Part shown: positions 1-8,960 of the stretch, in pieces
How positions within the stretch are numbered: the first letter of the stretch is position 1
How the letters are laid out: every line of letters starts with the position of its first letter
Assembly (NCBI GenBank): GCA_016932615.1
Contig: JAFGCN010000007.1
Span: forward strand, 19,189-83,188
Source of the DNA: Candidatus Aenigmatarchaeota archaeon
GTDB lineage: Archaea > Aenigmatarchaeota > Aenigmatarchaeia > QMZS01
Direction: 5' to 3'
Length of the DNA: 64,000 bases
Notes under the pieces: model-generated
Seen by the model: only the letters and a program-made list of their open reading frames with translations
What the model was told of the DNA's origin: nothing
The model's database searches: none
Translations under genes and position numbers: made by a program

Positions 1-50
1 TTAATGGAAGGACTCCGCCAGAAGAAGGAACCTTCCTGTGCGAGACCAAA

Positions 51-269
51 GTGCACTTTATGGTCCTCGTAACTAAAGGCAGCGGAAAACTATTCTGCGG
101 CAACTCCACATACCTTGTCGAGGAAGGTGACTGCCTGGATGTCCCTGCAGGAACCCTTTTTGCGGCAGAAGGCAATTTCGAGTACATAACTGCTGAAAGC
201 CCTGCCTGGTACAAAGAGCAGGCAAAAATCGTCGATATTGAGGGAAATTCAGCCGAAAGTGAAACTTAG
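51..269 (+). CDS. small cupin-like protein (possibly 5'-truncated by window edge)
   Basis: 72-aa ORF; sequence pattern reminiscent of cupin beta-barrel; weak. Confidence 0.25.
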   Translation: MHFMVLVTKGSGKLFCGNSTYLVEEGDCLDVPAGTLFAAEGNFEYITAESPAWYKEQAKIVDIEGNSAESET

Positions 270-358
270 ACTTTGGCAAAGCCACACCTTTTTTAAAAAA
301 AAGGCATTTTTATGGGCGTGTAGCTCAGCTTGGATAGAGCGCTACCCTTCTAAGTCAG

Positions 359-384
359 ACCTTCTTTCTTTAGAAAAGAAAGAA
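359..384 (+). repeat. intron hairpin (CTTCTTTCTTT / AAAGAAAGAA) 8 nt after the 5' splice site
   Basis: perfect 9-bp inverted repeat TCTTTCTTT-AGA-AAAGAAAGA. Confidence 0.6.
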
Positions 385-448
385 TGGCCGACACCTCCAA
401 GAAAGAAAACGGACGGTTGATGAAGTCAGGTAGACGTCGCAGGTAGAT

Positions 449-470
449 CCCTTTTCTTGAAAAGAAAAGG
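449..470 (+). repeat. intron hairpin (CCTTTTCTT-GAAA-AGAAAAGG)
   Basis: inverted repeat immediately downstream of the proposed T-loop splice site; same motif as 2163-2183. Confidence 0.6.
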
Positions 471-624
471 TCTCCATCCCAAAAGAAAAAGATTCAAGAA
501 AGACCGATGGAAGGCAAAGCCTCCCGTTATGTTCACCGTTTGGGGTGCAGACCTTTGGCCGAAGGCTAAAGGGTTGCTGCAATCGAATCCTGTCACGCCC
601 AAATTTTTAATTATATCTACACTT

Positions 625-1187
625 ATGTTTGACTATAAACTGGACGTTGGGGAAATGCTTGGAGAGATAAAAAGAGGTGAACGCTATGTCATCTTTCCGT
701 CAGAAATTGGAGAAAGAAAAGACCTGTTTGAAGAGCTTGGGGGGCTGGAGGTAAGCGACACCGATTTTTGGAAAATGTGTGGTCTGCATGGCACCTGGCA
801 AATTCCTGGACTTCCGGGGCTTTTTAGGGAAAAATACGGCCTAAGCGATGAGCAGGAGTTATTACTTGAGTTTCTCATAGAAAACGCCATAATTCATGGA
901 AACGAAATGACCCAGATAAGCAAATAGACATAAAAGTCCTTGTAGGAGACCACACTGCATTTAAGATAACAGACCAGGGGCTTGGATTCTACTCTCGTGA
1001 CGTCCAAGAGCGTTTTGAAAAGGGACTTCCCTATTCGGGAGGTAGTGGACTAGGCACCAGAGTAGCAGCCAAGTGCACCCAGTCGCGTCTTCGCTACCTG
1101 GAAAATGGAACTTCAGTAGAAGTGCTTTTCCTAAACCCAGAGGTTATGCCAAAGCCGTATTTTATGAAACTTTATCCAGCCCATTAG
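625..1187 (+). pseudogene. GHKL (histidine-kinase/anti-sigma-factor-like) ATPase, disrupted by a -1 frameshift near nt 904-908
   Basis: Frame 1 (625-927) ends ...EFLIENAIIHGNE, an N-box-like motif. Frame 0 continues NDPDKQIDIKVLVGDHTAFKITDQGLGF... (G1 box) and GGSGLGT (G2 box) up to the TAG at 1185-1187. The listed ORF start at 457 lies inside the tRNA; ATG 625 is the plausible start. Confidence 0.45.
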
Positions 1188-1193
1188 ACCAGT

Positions 1194-1421
1194 TCATCGC
1201 TCAACCCAGGTCCCAAGATCGTCCTTGACAAATTTTTCCTTTACCGCACTCCAGGCGACCTTGCTTGCAACCTCCTCCCTGCTCTCCTTATTTCGAATCC
1301 TCCTTGGGTCTCTGTAGGTTTCCCAGGCACTGTTAAATGCCTTCAGGTAAATTTCCTGGGCATGCTTTGGGAGCACTCTCCTGACAGAGGGAGGCAAATC
1401 GGTAAGGGATTTATGGGGCAT
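1194..1421 (-). CDS. ChaB family protein
   Basis: 75 aa; LPKHAQEIYLKAFNSAW motif typical of ChaB domain. Confidence 0.55.
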   Translation of the reverse strand: MPHKSLTDLPPSVRRVLPKHAQEIYLKAFNSAWETYRDPRRIRNKESREEVASKVAWSAVKEKFVKDDLGTWVER

Positions 1422-1486
1422 ATTTCATAAATATATGTTTTTTTCAGTATATATGCTACAGAAACTAACTCCTGTCCTGAAAGTAG

Positions 1487-1903
1487 CTAAACAGTAAGCC
1501 GGAGCTTTACTTCAGGGCAGCCGACAACCTCAACCATAACCTCAGTTATGCCTGGAAGAGTTGTCTGAAAGGAGATTGTCCGTATATCTGCCTTCTTTAT
1601 CACTTCAGCCACCTCCTTTAAAAGCTCCTGCCCCTTGTCGCTAAAGCCATAGACTGTGTAGCCCCGTATGTCTGCCCCCGAATTCTGAATCCGGATAAGC
1701 CCCTCCTGCGAGTTATTGTCATACTTGAAGTCCAGATGCTGAATGCTCACGCTCTGGCAATACGCATCCCCCTCAAGCTTTGAAATTTCACCCCGGGTGT
1801 AATTCATGGCCCAGGTGCCCACAATGGTCGCTATTGCAATGCTAAACGCGATAAGAAGAACAGAAGCAACGACAGGAGAAACCCCTTTGGGCCTATATCC
1901 CAT
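1487..1903 (-). CDS. class III signal peptide (archaeal type IV pilin-like) protein
   Basis: N-terminus RPKGVSPVVASVLLIAFSIAIATIV matches archaeal prepilin signal (KG-VSPV-hydrophobic). Confidence 0.55.
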   Translation of the reverse strand: MGYRPKGVSPVVASVLLIAFSIAIATIVGTWAMNYTRGEISKLEGDAYCQSVSIQHLDFKYDNNSQEGLIRIQNSGADIRGYTVYGFSDKGQELLKEVAEVIKKADIRTISFQTTLPGITEVMVEVVGCPEVKLRLTV

Positions 1904-1969
1904 AACTAATACCCTATTTTAAAATAACTCTGGCAATCATTTTATGCCTCTGTAGCTCAGTCGGCTGAA

Positions 1970-1990
1970 TCTTTTTCTTGCGAAGAAAAA
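1970..1990 (+). repeat. intron hairpin (CTTTTTCTT-GCG-AAGAAAAAG)
   Basis: perfect 9-bp inverted repeat 6 nt after proposed D-loop splice site. Confidence 0.6.
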
Positions 1991-2162
1991 GCTCCATGAC
2001 CAAAAAGAACCTGCGTTTTCCTTCGGGAAAACGATGCCTCATTTGCCCACGGGCAAATAGAGGGCAGTTTAGCCGCCTTGCGGCTTATAATTGACTACGG
2101 CTTGGAATTTCCGGCAAAGAGCGCGGGTTTTGTAAACCTGAGGTCGAGGGTTCAAGGTCATC

Positions 2163-2183
2163 CCTTTTCTTAAGAAGAAAAGG
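2163..2183 (+). repeat. intron hairpin (CCTTTTCTT-AAG-AAGAAAAGG)
   Basis: perfect 9-bp inverted repeat, nearly identical to 449-470. Confidence 0.6.
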
Positions 2184-2287
2184 TCTGACAACCCCAAAAG
2201 AAAGGGGGTTGTGATGAGGAGTCTCCCTCCAGGGGCTATATTTTATCAAAAACTATTTCTTTCAAACGAATTAATTCTGGAATTTTC

Positions 2288-3769
2288 TTATTTTCTGCCG
2301 CGATAAACCCTTTTCTGGTGTGTAGGCCGCCTTGCCTTTCCCCGCTTTATTTCGGGAGGGGCTCTTGCTTCGCCGCCTTGCCTGAAGGTTCTTTTTCCGC
2401 CAGTTCTTGGGCCTCCGTTTCCGGACGGCCTGAATCCAACTGGGTTTCCGCCGCTTCTGCCTGAACTAAATCCTCCTCGCGGACCGGACCTGTCTCCATA
2501 GCTGCTTCTTCCATAGCTTCCGCCACGGCTGCCACGGTCATCTCCGGGCCTGCCGCCTTCAGAACGATAACCCTGATCTTTGCCGCCGAATCTGCCTCCC
2601 CTGGAATCAAACCTCCCGCCTCGCTGGTCGCCAGTCCTTATTGACCTAATCCTTTCCACATAGGGCATCTTGGTTTCCGCTATCTCAAACTCATATTCCT
2701 TAAGAACCTGCCTGAAATTATCGGTGTCCCTACCGGAAACAAGGTTAATGACCATTCCCTCTTTGCCGGCTCTAGCGGTCCTTCCAGCCCGGTGGACATA
2801 TTCTTTTGCGTCCTTTGGGGAATCGTAATTGTAAACGTGGGACACGCCCTTAACGTCAAGCCCTCTTGCCGCAACATCTGTGCAAACCAAAACCCCGACC
2901 TTCTTTGAGTGAAATTTCTCCATCACAGTGTCGCGCTTGTTCTGAGTAAATCCGCCGTGTATCGGAAGCGCCTCTATTCCAAGCGCTTTGAGATTCTCGG
3001 AAACAAAATCGACATTCCTTCTCGTGTTGCAAAAAATCATCACAAGCCCAGGGTGCTCCTCTTTCAGAAGGTGGGCAAGAAGCGAGAACTTCAGGTTGTC
3101 AGGATAAACATCATAATAAATCTGCTTCAGTTTCTTCGGGTCAACATAATCGCCTGCAGAAATCCTGGTCGGCTCGCACAAAAACCTCTTTGAAAGCCCC
3201 TCGATTTCATAAGGCATCGTGGCCGAAAAAAGCATTGTCTGGCGGTCTTCAGGGCACTCGTAGATTATGTCCTCGACATCGGGAAGAAAGCCCATGTCAA
3301 GCATCAGGTCCGCCTCATCCAGAACAAGAATGAATACCTCCCGAAGGTCAACAGTTCCCCGGTCAATATGGTCAAGCATCCTGCCTGGAGTCGCAACTGC
3401 AATCTCAGCAGACTCAAGCGCTTTAACCTGCGGGTCAAAGGAAACGCCACCGTAAATAGAGGCGACTTTCAGTTTCTTGGCCTTTGCAAATTTCTTCAGG
3501 GTTTCCGACACCTGGTTTGCAAGCTCCCTTGTGGGAGTAAGCACAAGCCCCTGCAGGCCCTTTCCCTTCTCAATGGACTCTATCATTGGCAGGCCGAAGG
3601 CAAGAGTTTTTCCCGATCCCGTATAGGAAGCGGCAATAATATCCTGTCCCTTTAGCGCCATGGGAATTGTCTTTTCCTGAATCTCTGTAGGCACAGTGAT
3701 TTCAGCTTCCTTCAAAATAACCAGAAGATCATCGCGAATCCCCAGTTTTTTAAACTTGTCCATCACCAT
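2288..3769 (-). CDS. DEAD-box ATP-dependent RNA helicase with C-terminal RGG/Gly-Arg-rich tail
   Basis: Motifs AASYTGSGKT (Walker A), VLDEADLMLDMGF (DEAD), SAT, HRAGRTARAG. C-terminal ~130 aa RGG repeats ending in APPEIKRGKARRPTHQKRVYRGRK. Confidence 0.85.
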   Translation of the reverse strand: MVMDKFKKLGIRDDLLVILKEAEITVPTEIQEKTIPMALKGQDIIAASYTGSGKTLAFGLPMIESIEKGKGLQGLVLTPTRELANQVSETLKKFAKAKKLKVASIYGGVSFDPQVKALESAEIAVATPGRMLDHIDRGTVDLREVFILVLDEADLMLDMGFLPDVEDIIYECPEDRQTMLFSATMPYEIEGLSKRFLCEPTRISAGDYVDPKKLKQIYYDVYPDNLKFSLLAHLLKEEHPGLVMIFCNTRRNVDFVSENLKALGIEALPIHGGFTQNKRDTVMEKFHSKKVGVLVCTDVAARGLDVKGVSHVYNYDSPKDAKEYVHRAGRTARAGKEGMVINLVSGRDTDNFRQVLKEYEFEIAETKMPYVERIRSIRTGDQRGGRFDSRGGRFGGKDQGYRSEGGRPGDDRGSRGGSYGRSSYGDRSGPRGGFSSGRSGGNPVGFRPSGNGGPRTGGKRTFRQGGEARAPPEIKRGKARRPTHQKRVYRGRK

Positions 3770-3882
3770 ATATGCAGGAAAGCTTTAGTAGGGCATATAC
3801 TTGCAAGAAAATCCAATTCGATATATAACTCTAAAAAACAGGCAAAAAAACCAAAACATTCAAGCGATCTTTGGGGAAAATC

Positions 3883-4254
3883 TTATCTTCCCCGGTAAAC
3901 AGTTCTTGCAAGAGTGGTTTCTCCTCTTGCCTTCCCCCTTTTCACTTCGGGGGGCATTTTTTCCTCTTCTTCCTGTCTCCTATAACTTCTTCGTTCCCGG
4001 AACCTGTCCCGGCCTTCGCCTTCGTCCCTGTCTCTGAACCTCGGTCTTCCACGGCCTCTTTCTCCTTCAGGCCTCCGACCAAACCTATCGTCCCTTCTTT
4101 CTCCAAACCTGGAGTAACTTCTTCTTCTAAAGCCCGGCCTTTCGCTTCCCTCGGCGGGGCTTCTTTCACGGGGCATCTCGTCCCCGTAGTCTTCGTATTC
4201 TTCCATTACTGAAGTTGATTTGAAAGCTTTAGTAGTTGGTAAATCTAAATGCAA
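3883..4254 (-). CDS. Arg-rich low-complexity protein sharing the helicase C-terminal motif
   Basis: RD/RE/RG repeats ending MPPEVKRGKARGETTLARTVYRGR, cf. helicase end APPEIKRGKARRPTHQKRVYRGRK. Probable start at the internal Met (MEEYEDY...). Confidence 0.4.
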   Translation of the reverse strand: MHLDLPTTKAFKSTSVMEEYEDYGDEMPRERSPAEGSERPGFRRRSYSRFGERRDDRFGRRPEGERGRGRPRFRDRDEGEGRDRFRERRSYRRQEEEEKMPPEVKRGKARGETTLARTVYRGR

Positions 4255-4982
4255 TTCTGATTATGGTGCCACAGCATAAACCAAGTTTCAAAAATAATAC
4301 CCTTCCACGCCTCCTCCTTCTCGCCATTCTCTCAATACCCTTCATTTTCTTCTCCGAGTTCTATGCGCACTTCAGGGCATACCTGACCGGAAACATCATA
4401 ACGCAGGTCATTGTAGGAAACTGGCCAGTGGTTATTCTCAGCGCCCTTCTCTTTATTGCCTTCCTCATTCCCCTTTCTTACAGGCGGAAAGCCAACTGGG
4501 CAGAGTACGGCCTTGCAACCGCATTCTTCGTCTCGCTCTTTGTCGAGATGTACGGAATCCCCCTCACGCTACTTTTCGCCTCCCGCTTCTTCTACTCCCC
4601 CGAAATTTCGCTCCCAGGCGACTTCGCGCATGTGTCCCTTCCCGGCTTTTCATTTTCGATGGACCTTGCCATGACTTACGGGGCGGGGCTTATGGTTCTT
4701 GGCGGCACGCTCATAATCGCCGGCTGGGTGACTCTCTACAGGAGCGTCAGGAAAAACAAGCTCGTGACAGGCGGAATCTACGCCTATTCGCGCCACCCCC
4801 AGTATCTGGGCTTTATCCTGATTATTTTGGGATGGCTTTTCGGCTGGCCGACAATCCTTACCTTAATCTTCTCGCCAATACTGATTTACATGTACCTTCG
4901 GGCAAGCATCAGGGAAGAGGAGGAAATGGAAAAAATCTCTGACTACAAAAGGTATCGGGAAAGAGTGCCTTTTTTTATATAA
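4236..4982 (+). CDS. isoprenylcysteine carboxyl methyltransferase (ICMT/PEMT) family membrane protein
   Basis: multi-TM; YSRHPQYLGFILIILGW motif characteristic of ICMT family. Confidence 0.55.
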   Translation: MVNLNAILIMVPQHKPSFKNNTLPRLLLLAILSIPFIFFSEFYAHFRAYLTGNIITQVIVGNWPVVILSALLFIAFLIPLSYRRKANWAEYGLATAFFVSLFVEMYGIPLTLLFASRFFYSPEISLPGDFAHVSLPGFSFSMDLAMTYGAGLMVLGGTLIIAGWVTLYRSVRKNKLVTGGIYAYSRHPQYLGFILIILGWLFGWPTILTLIFSPILIYMYLRASIREEEEMEKISDYKRYRERVPFFI

Positions 4983-4998
4983 ATGCCCTTCAGTAATT

Positions 4999-5385
4999 AT
5001 GATTAAGTTTCGTGTTGGTCAGGCCTTTCCAAAAAACCCAAATTGTTGGGATACTCAGAAAGTAACTTCTCTCAAAGGTCCAGACCTAGGAGTTATTTCC
5101 CATTTCTTAGAGCACCTATGCTACGCATACCCGGGATTAAACATCGTAGACAAGGGGGATATTTTCTACATGGGTTCTGGCTGCATTGAGTACGACCTGC
5201 TACTAGAAGACAAACGAATAGGTCTCATCAAGACCTACTACCAAAACAACAAGTTTATGTCCGCAAGTTATGATGGGCTCTATCCTAAATGCAATGATAT
5301 GCCCGTTAACTTCATTTTCGGGAAATATGGGGGTAGAAAGGACAAATCCCCAATAGACCAAAAAGTATCCTTGCCAAATAACTAA
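4999..5385 (+). CDS. hypothetical protein
   Basis: 128-aa ORF, no recognisable motif. Confidence 0.3.
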   Translation: MIKFRVGQAFPKNPNCWDTQKVTSLKGPDLGVISHFLEHLCYAYPGLNIVDKGDIFYMGSGCIEYDLLLEDKRIGLIKTYYQNNKFMSASYDGLYPKCNDMPVNFIFGKYGGRKDKSPIDQKVSLPNN

Positions 5386-5395
5386 CGGGTTAATT

Positions 5396-5611
5396 ATGGC
5401 AGCGGACAAAAAGAAGGAAAGGTGGGTTTATGTCTGCCCAAAATGCGGCAGCAAAGATATTGCCATAAGGTCATGGGACATTGCATTTAACGAAAAAATC
5501 TGCAGCCGCTGCGGCTACACTTCCCAGTTCTTCCCGCAGGTTCCCCTGAAAGCAAGGAAAAAGCAAGCGGGCGAAATCAAGAAGCGGCCCTCTCCAAAAG
5601 GCAAGTTATAG
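5396..5611 (+). CDS. small zinc-ribbon protein
   Basis: CPKCGS...CSRCGY two CxxC pairs, basic C-terminus. Confidence 0.4.
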   Translation: MAADKKKERWVYVCPKCGSKDIAIRSWDIAFNEKICSRCGYTSQFFPQVPLKARKKQAGEIKKRPSPKGKL

Positions 5612-5621
5612 AGATATTGTT

Positions 5622-6155
5622 ATGAACGAAATAGTTGATAAGGTGATTGAGTTTGCGTCCAAGCACTACCAGAAATCTGACGGGATTCATGGAATAAGCC
5701 ACGCAAAAACCACCGCAAAATTCGCCGAGGTTCTTGCCAAAGCCGAAGGGGCAAATGTGGAAAATTGCGTGATGGCTGCCTGGCTTCACGACATTGCCCG
5801 GAAAAAGGAGTGGGTGGTTGAAACCCCGGAAGAAAACCACGGCGTCTGGGCAGCTCGCCTTTCAAGGCCTTTTCTTGAGTCTCTTGGGCTTTCAGGGGCA
5901 GATATTGGCGAAATCTGCACTGCACTAAGCGAGCACTGCCTCCCGGGAAAGCAGACAACGCTCGCCTCAAAAATCCTCTGGGACTCCGACAAATTAAACC
6001 ATTTTGACAAGGAGAGGGAAAAAGAGTACCTGAAATACCTAGCTAAAGAGCAGGGAACTCCTGAGAAAGCGCGCCAGACTGAGGAGAAAATAAGGGCGGG
6101 CTACATTAAGCATTTCCAGACAAAAACCGCCCGGGAACTTTCAGGCCAGAATTAG
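5622..6155 (+). CDS. HD-domain phosphohydrolase
   Basis: HGISHA ... WLHDIARK ... DSDKL motifs (H..HD..D). Confidence 0.6.
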   Translation: MNEIVDKVIEFASKHYQKSDGIHGISHAKTTAKFAEVLAKAEGANVENCVMAAWLHDIARKKEWVVETPEENHGVWAARLSRPFLESLGLSGADIGEICTALSEHCLPGKQTTLASKILWDSDKLNHFDKEREKEYLKYLAKEQGTPEKARQTEEKIRAGYIKHFQTKTARELSGQN

Positions 6156-6173
6156 AAATTTTTAATCCCAGTT

Positions 6174-7013
6174 ATGAGAGAAAAGCCCTATATCGAGGTT
6201 ACGGGCATAGCAACCCAGGAAGACGCAAAGCAGGTGATAAGCGGATTCAAGAGAGCCGGGATTTCAATGGAGAAAAGCCACATTCCGATGGCTGGCGTGC
6301 TCTCCTCGCACGAGCCCGAAAATACTTACACAAGTGACTGGCGCTATCCCCGGCCGGAACGGCTGAGAGGAATTTTTGAAGACCTGTCAAAACTAGGAAT
6401 TGCTGCGCTCCACTACGACAGCAAAAACCCAAAAGGATTTGCAGAAAAGCTTTACCCCATCTTAAGACCCCTTTACGAAAAGGGCCTTTGCAAAGGCCTC
6501 CAGATTAATGTGCATAGCCCCGATAAAGGCCAGGTTAAAAAGATAGCTTCAAGCTTCCCAGAACTTGAGATCATACTCCCCCTCACAAGGAATGGGCTAA
6601 AAATCGCCACAGGAAGTGAAGAATATGAGCCAATAAGAGTGGCTGACTACATAAGACCCTATTACGATTTTATCAGCTATGTCCTGGTTGACCCCTCACT
6701 TGGAAAAGGGGGGGAGTTAAATGCAAATGTCTACGCTGACATCTATGCAGTAATTGATGAACAGTTCCCTGAGGTATGCACAATACTTGCAGGAAGCTTC
6801 GACCATAATAATGTCCACTCACGCATCCGGAATCTGATGGATTACATTGGTTCTGGCTTTGGAATCGATGCCCAAAGTGGGCTAAGGTCCCAGGTCAGGC
6901 CTAAAGGAATAACCGATAGCCAATTCAACAAAAATAAGCACAAATACACCCTCTTTGCTCCCGAACGGGCAAATGAATACCTTAGAAACGCAGCCAGGGC
7001 ATTTGGGGTTTAG
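6174..7013 (+). CDS. phosphoribosylanthranilate isomerase (TrpF)-like TIM-barrel protein
   Basis: YIEVTGIATQEDAKQV (cf. KICGIT..EDA), VLVDPSLGKGGE, ILAGSFDHNNV, GIDAQSGLRS..PKGITD resemble TrpF landmarks; longer than canonical TrpF. Confidence 0.4.
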   Translation: MREKPYIEVTGIATQEDAKQVISGFKRAGISMEKSHIPMAGVLSSHEPENTYTSDWRYPRPERLRGIFEDLSKLGIAALHYDSKNPKGFAEKLYPILRPLYEKGLCKGLQINVHSPDKGQVKKIASSFPELEIILPLTRNGLKIATGSEEYEPIRVADYIRPYYDFISYVLVDPSLGKGGELNANVYADIYAVIDEQFPEVCTILAGSFDHNNVHSRIRNLMDYIGSGFGIDAQSGLRSQVRPKGITDSQFNKNKHKYTLFAPERANEYLRNAARAFGV

Positions 7014-7097
7014 AAAAGATATATAAATAACCTAATTATATTATAGAGCAGTTTTGGCTTTGACCAAATAACTGTAATTTTCCAAAGGTGACCAACC

Positions 7098-8960
7098 ATG
7101 GATTATATCAAAGTCGTTGAGCAAAATCTCCCTGACGTTAGCGACGCCAGGATACACTACGAGGGAAGCAAGATTGTCGTATACACGAGAAATCTCAATT
7201 TTTTCCTCACAGGCGAAGACAAGATAAGGGGGATTGTGGACCAGATTAAAAAAAGAATAGAGGTAAGAATAGAGCCGGACACACTCCCTTCAACTGATGA
7301 CACCATAAAGAAAATAAAGGAGATTATCCCAAAAGACGCAGGAATTGAAGACATTTCATTTGAGCCGGATTTCTCGAAAGTCATAATAAGCGTGCGCCAG
7401 CCGCAGATTGCAGTTGGCGAAAGCGGGGAGACCGTAAAGGAGATAAAAAAGGAAACGCTATGGATTCCATTTGTCCAGAGAGTCGCTTCCCCAAAGTCCG
7501 TGCCTGTCGAAGCCATAAGGAAAGTTTTGTATGAAAGCTCGAAGTTCCGGAAGAAATTCCTTAATGACGTCGGAAAGCAGATTTACAGCGCTGAAAACAA
7601 GGACACCAAATGGGGGCGCGTATCCTGCCTTGGCGGAAGCAGGGAAGTAGGAAGGTCATGCTTCCTCCTCCAGACCCCAAACTCAAAAATACTAATGGAC
7701 TGCGGTCTGTCTACTGGCGCAACAGGGGAAGACCAGTACCCCATATTTCTCAGCGGCGAGTTCGACATAAACTCGCTTGACGCAATAATCCTGAGCCACG
7801 CGCACCTTGACCACTGCGGATTTATCCCTTACCTTTACAAAATGGGCTTTAACGGGCCTCTCTACTGCACTACCCCCACAAGGGAGCTTGCAGCCCTCCT
7901 CCAGATGGACACGATAGACATAATGCAAAAGGACATGGGAAAAAGCCTGTACACTTCAACTGACATAAAGAACATGATTAAGCACACGATACCGCTCAAA
8001 TATAAGGAGATAACTGACATCACTTCCGACATCCGGCTTATTTTCGAGAACGCAGGGCACCTCCTTGGAAGCGCAATCACCCACCTCAACATTTCAAATG
8101 GAAAAAGAAACCTTATCTACACCGGTGACATCAAGTATTCTGTCTCAAACCTTCTTGACCCTGCATTCACCCAATTCATGCGCTGCGAGTGTTTGATAAT
8201 GGAAAGCACTTACGGCGGGCCTAATGACCTAACGCCTCGGCTTGAAGACGCAGAAAAGGACCTTGTTTACGCAGTCGAGGAAACCGCAAAAAGAGGCGGA
8301 AAAGTTTTGATACCAAGCTTTGCGGTTGGAAGAGGCCAGGAGATAATGATAATACTTGACAAGTATGGAATAGACCTTCCGGTTTACATCGACGGAATGA
8401 TTTGGGATGCGTCATCCATACACTCGACTTACCCCAAGTACCTGTCCTACAAGCTTCAGAGGCAGATTATAGAGGAAAACAAAAACCCATTCGAGTCGGA
8501 CAAGTTCATCCATGTTGCAAGCAGAAAGGAGCGTGACCAGGTAATCGCAGACCAAAAGCCATTTGTGGTCCTGGCAACCTCCGGCATGGTAAACGGCGGG
8601 CCGATTATGGAATACATAAAGAAATTCGGCTCCGACCCTAAAAACACGCTTGTTTTCGTCGGTTACCAGGCGGAAGGCACGATCGGGAGAAAAATACAGA
8701 GAGGCGACAAGGTCATCGAAACCCCTGACGGCGAGCAGGTCGAAATCAACCTCCAGATAAAAACTATAGACGGGCTTTCCGGCCACTCAGACAGGAAACA
8801 ATTGCTAAATTACATCGGCCACCTGAAGGAAAAGCCGCAGCGGCTTGTAGTAGCCCACGGCGAGATGAGTAAGTGCGTCAACTTCGCGGATGCTGCAGGC
8901 AAGATTTTCGGGATAGATGCAATAGCGCCGTGGAACCTTGAGACATTCAGGTTTTTGTAG
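7098..8960 (+). CDS. fttA: archaeal CPSF1 / FttA (KH-KH-MBL-beta-CASP ribonuclease, transcription termination factor)
   Basis: 620 aa; N-terminal KH-like region then metallo-beta-lactamase motif ILSHAHLDHCG and beta-CASP region; size and architecture match aCPSF1. Confidence 0.8.
   Translation: MDYIKVVEQNLPDVSDARIHYEGSKIVVYTRNLNFFLTGEDKIRGIVDQIKKRIEVRIEPDTLPSTDDTIKKIKEIIPKDAGIEDISFEPDFSKVIISVRQPQIAVGESGETVKEIKKETLWIPFVQRVASPKSVPVEAIRKVLYESSKFRKKFLNDVGKQIYSAENKDTKWGRVSCLGGSREVGRSCFLLQTPNSKILMDCGLSTGATGEDQYPIFLSGEFDINSLDAIILSHAHLDHCGFIPYLYKMGFNGPLYCTTPTRELAALLQMDTIDIMQKDMGKSLYTSTDIKNMIKHTIPLKYKEITDITSDIRLIFENAGHLLGSAITHLNISNGKRNLIYTGDIKYSVSNLLDPAFTQFMRCECLIMESTYGGPNDLTPRLEDAEKDLVYAVEETAKRGGKVLIPSFAVGRGQEIMIILDKYGIDLPVYIDGMIWDASSIHSTYPKYLSYKLQRQIIEENKNPFESDKFIHVASRKERDQVIADQKPFVVLATSGMVNGGPIMEYIKKFGSDPKNTLVFVGYQAEGTIGRKIQRGDKVIETPDGEQVEINLQIKTIDGLSGHSDRKQLLNYIGHLKEKPQRLVVAHGEMSKCVNFADAAGKIFGIDAIAPWNLETFRFL

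Larger units (their letters stand above)
313..601 (+). tRNA. tRNA-Arg(TCT) interrupted by two long introns (after anticodon-loop position 37 and inside the T-loop)
   Basis: 5' exon GGGCGTG-TA-GCTC-AGCTTGGATA-GAGC-G-CTACC-CTTCTA(A) 313-352. Exon 2 GGTAGACGTCGCAGGT 429-444 restores the anticodon stem CTACC/GGTAG, variable loop and T-stem 5' arm. Exon 3 TCGAATCCTGTCACGCCCA 583-601 completes the T-loop TTCGAAT, T-stem CCTGT and acceptor 3' arm CACGCCC, an exact complement of GGGCGTG. Exact junctions are uncertain. Confidence 0.55.
1945..2237 (+). tRNA. tRNA-Thr(TGT) interrupted by two long introns (D-loop and T-loop)
   Basis: Exon 1 GCCTCTG-TA-GCTC-AGTCGG 1945-~1964. Exon 2 (A)GAGC-G-CGGGT-TTTGTAA-ACCTG-AGGTC-GAGGG-TTCAA ~2117-2155. 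Exon 3 CT-CCCTC-CAGGGGC-T ~2223-2237. The acceptor arms GCCTCTG/CAGGGGC pair with one G-U. Confidence 0.55.

Noticed and set aside
457-624. 5' extension of ORF 457-927 (MKRKGLHPKRKRFKK...)
   Set aside because: Overlaps the 3' intron and exon of tRNA-Arg (313-601) and reads through K/R-rich translation of the purine-rich intron hairpins. The GHKL-like gene most plausibly starts at ATG 625.
2347-3655. Internal or antisense ORFs within the DEAD-box helicase gene (2347-2610, 2680-2877, 2909-3193, 3267-3455, 3368-3655)
   Set aside because: Nested in alternative frames or antisense to a well-supported 493-aa helicase. Low-complexity RGG region generates long alternative ORFs.
3801-4212. Plus-strand ORFs 3801-4037 and 3871-4212 antisense to the Arg-rich gene
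   Set aside because: Translations of the complementary strand of an Arg-codon-rich repeat; no motifs.
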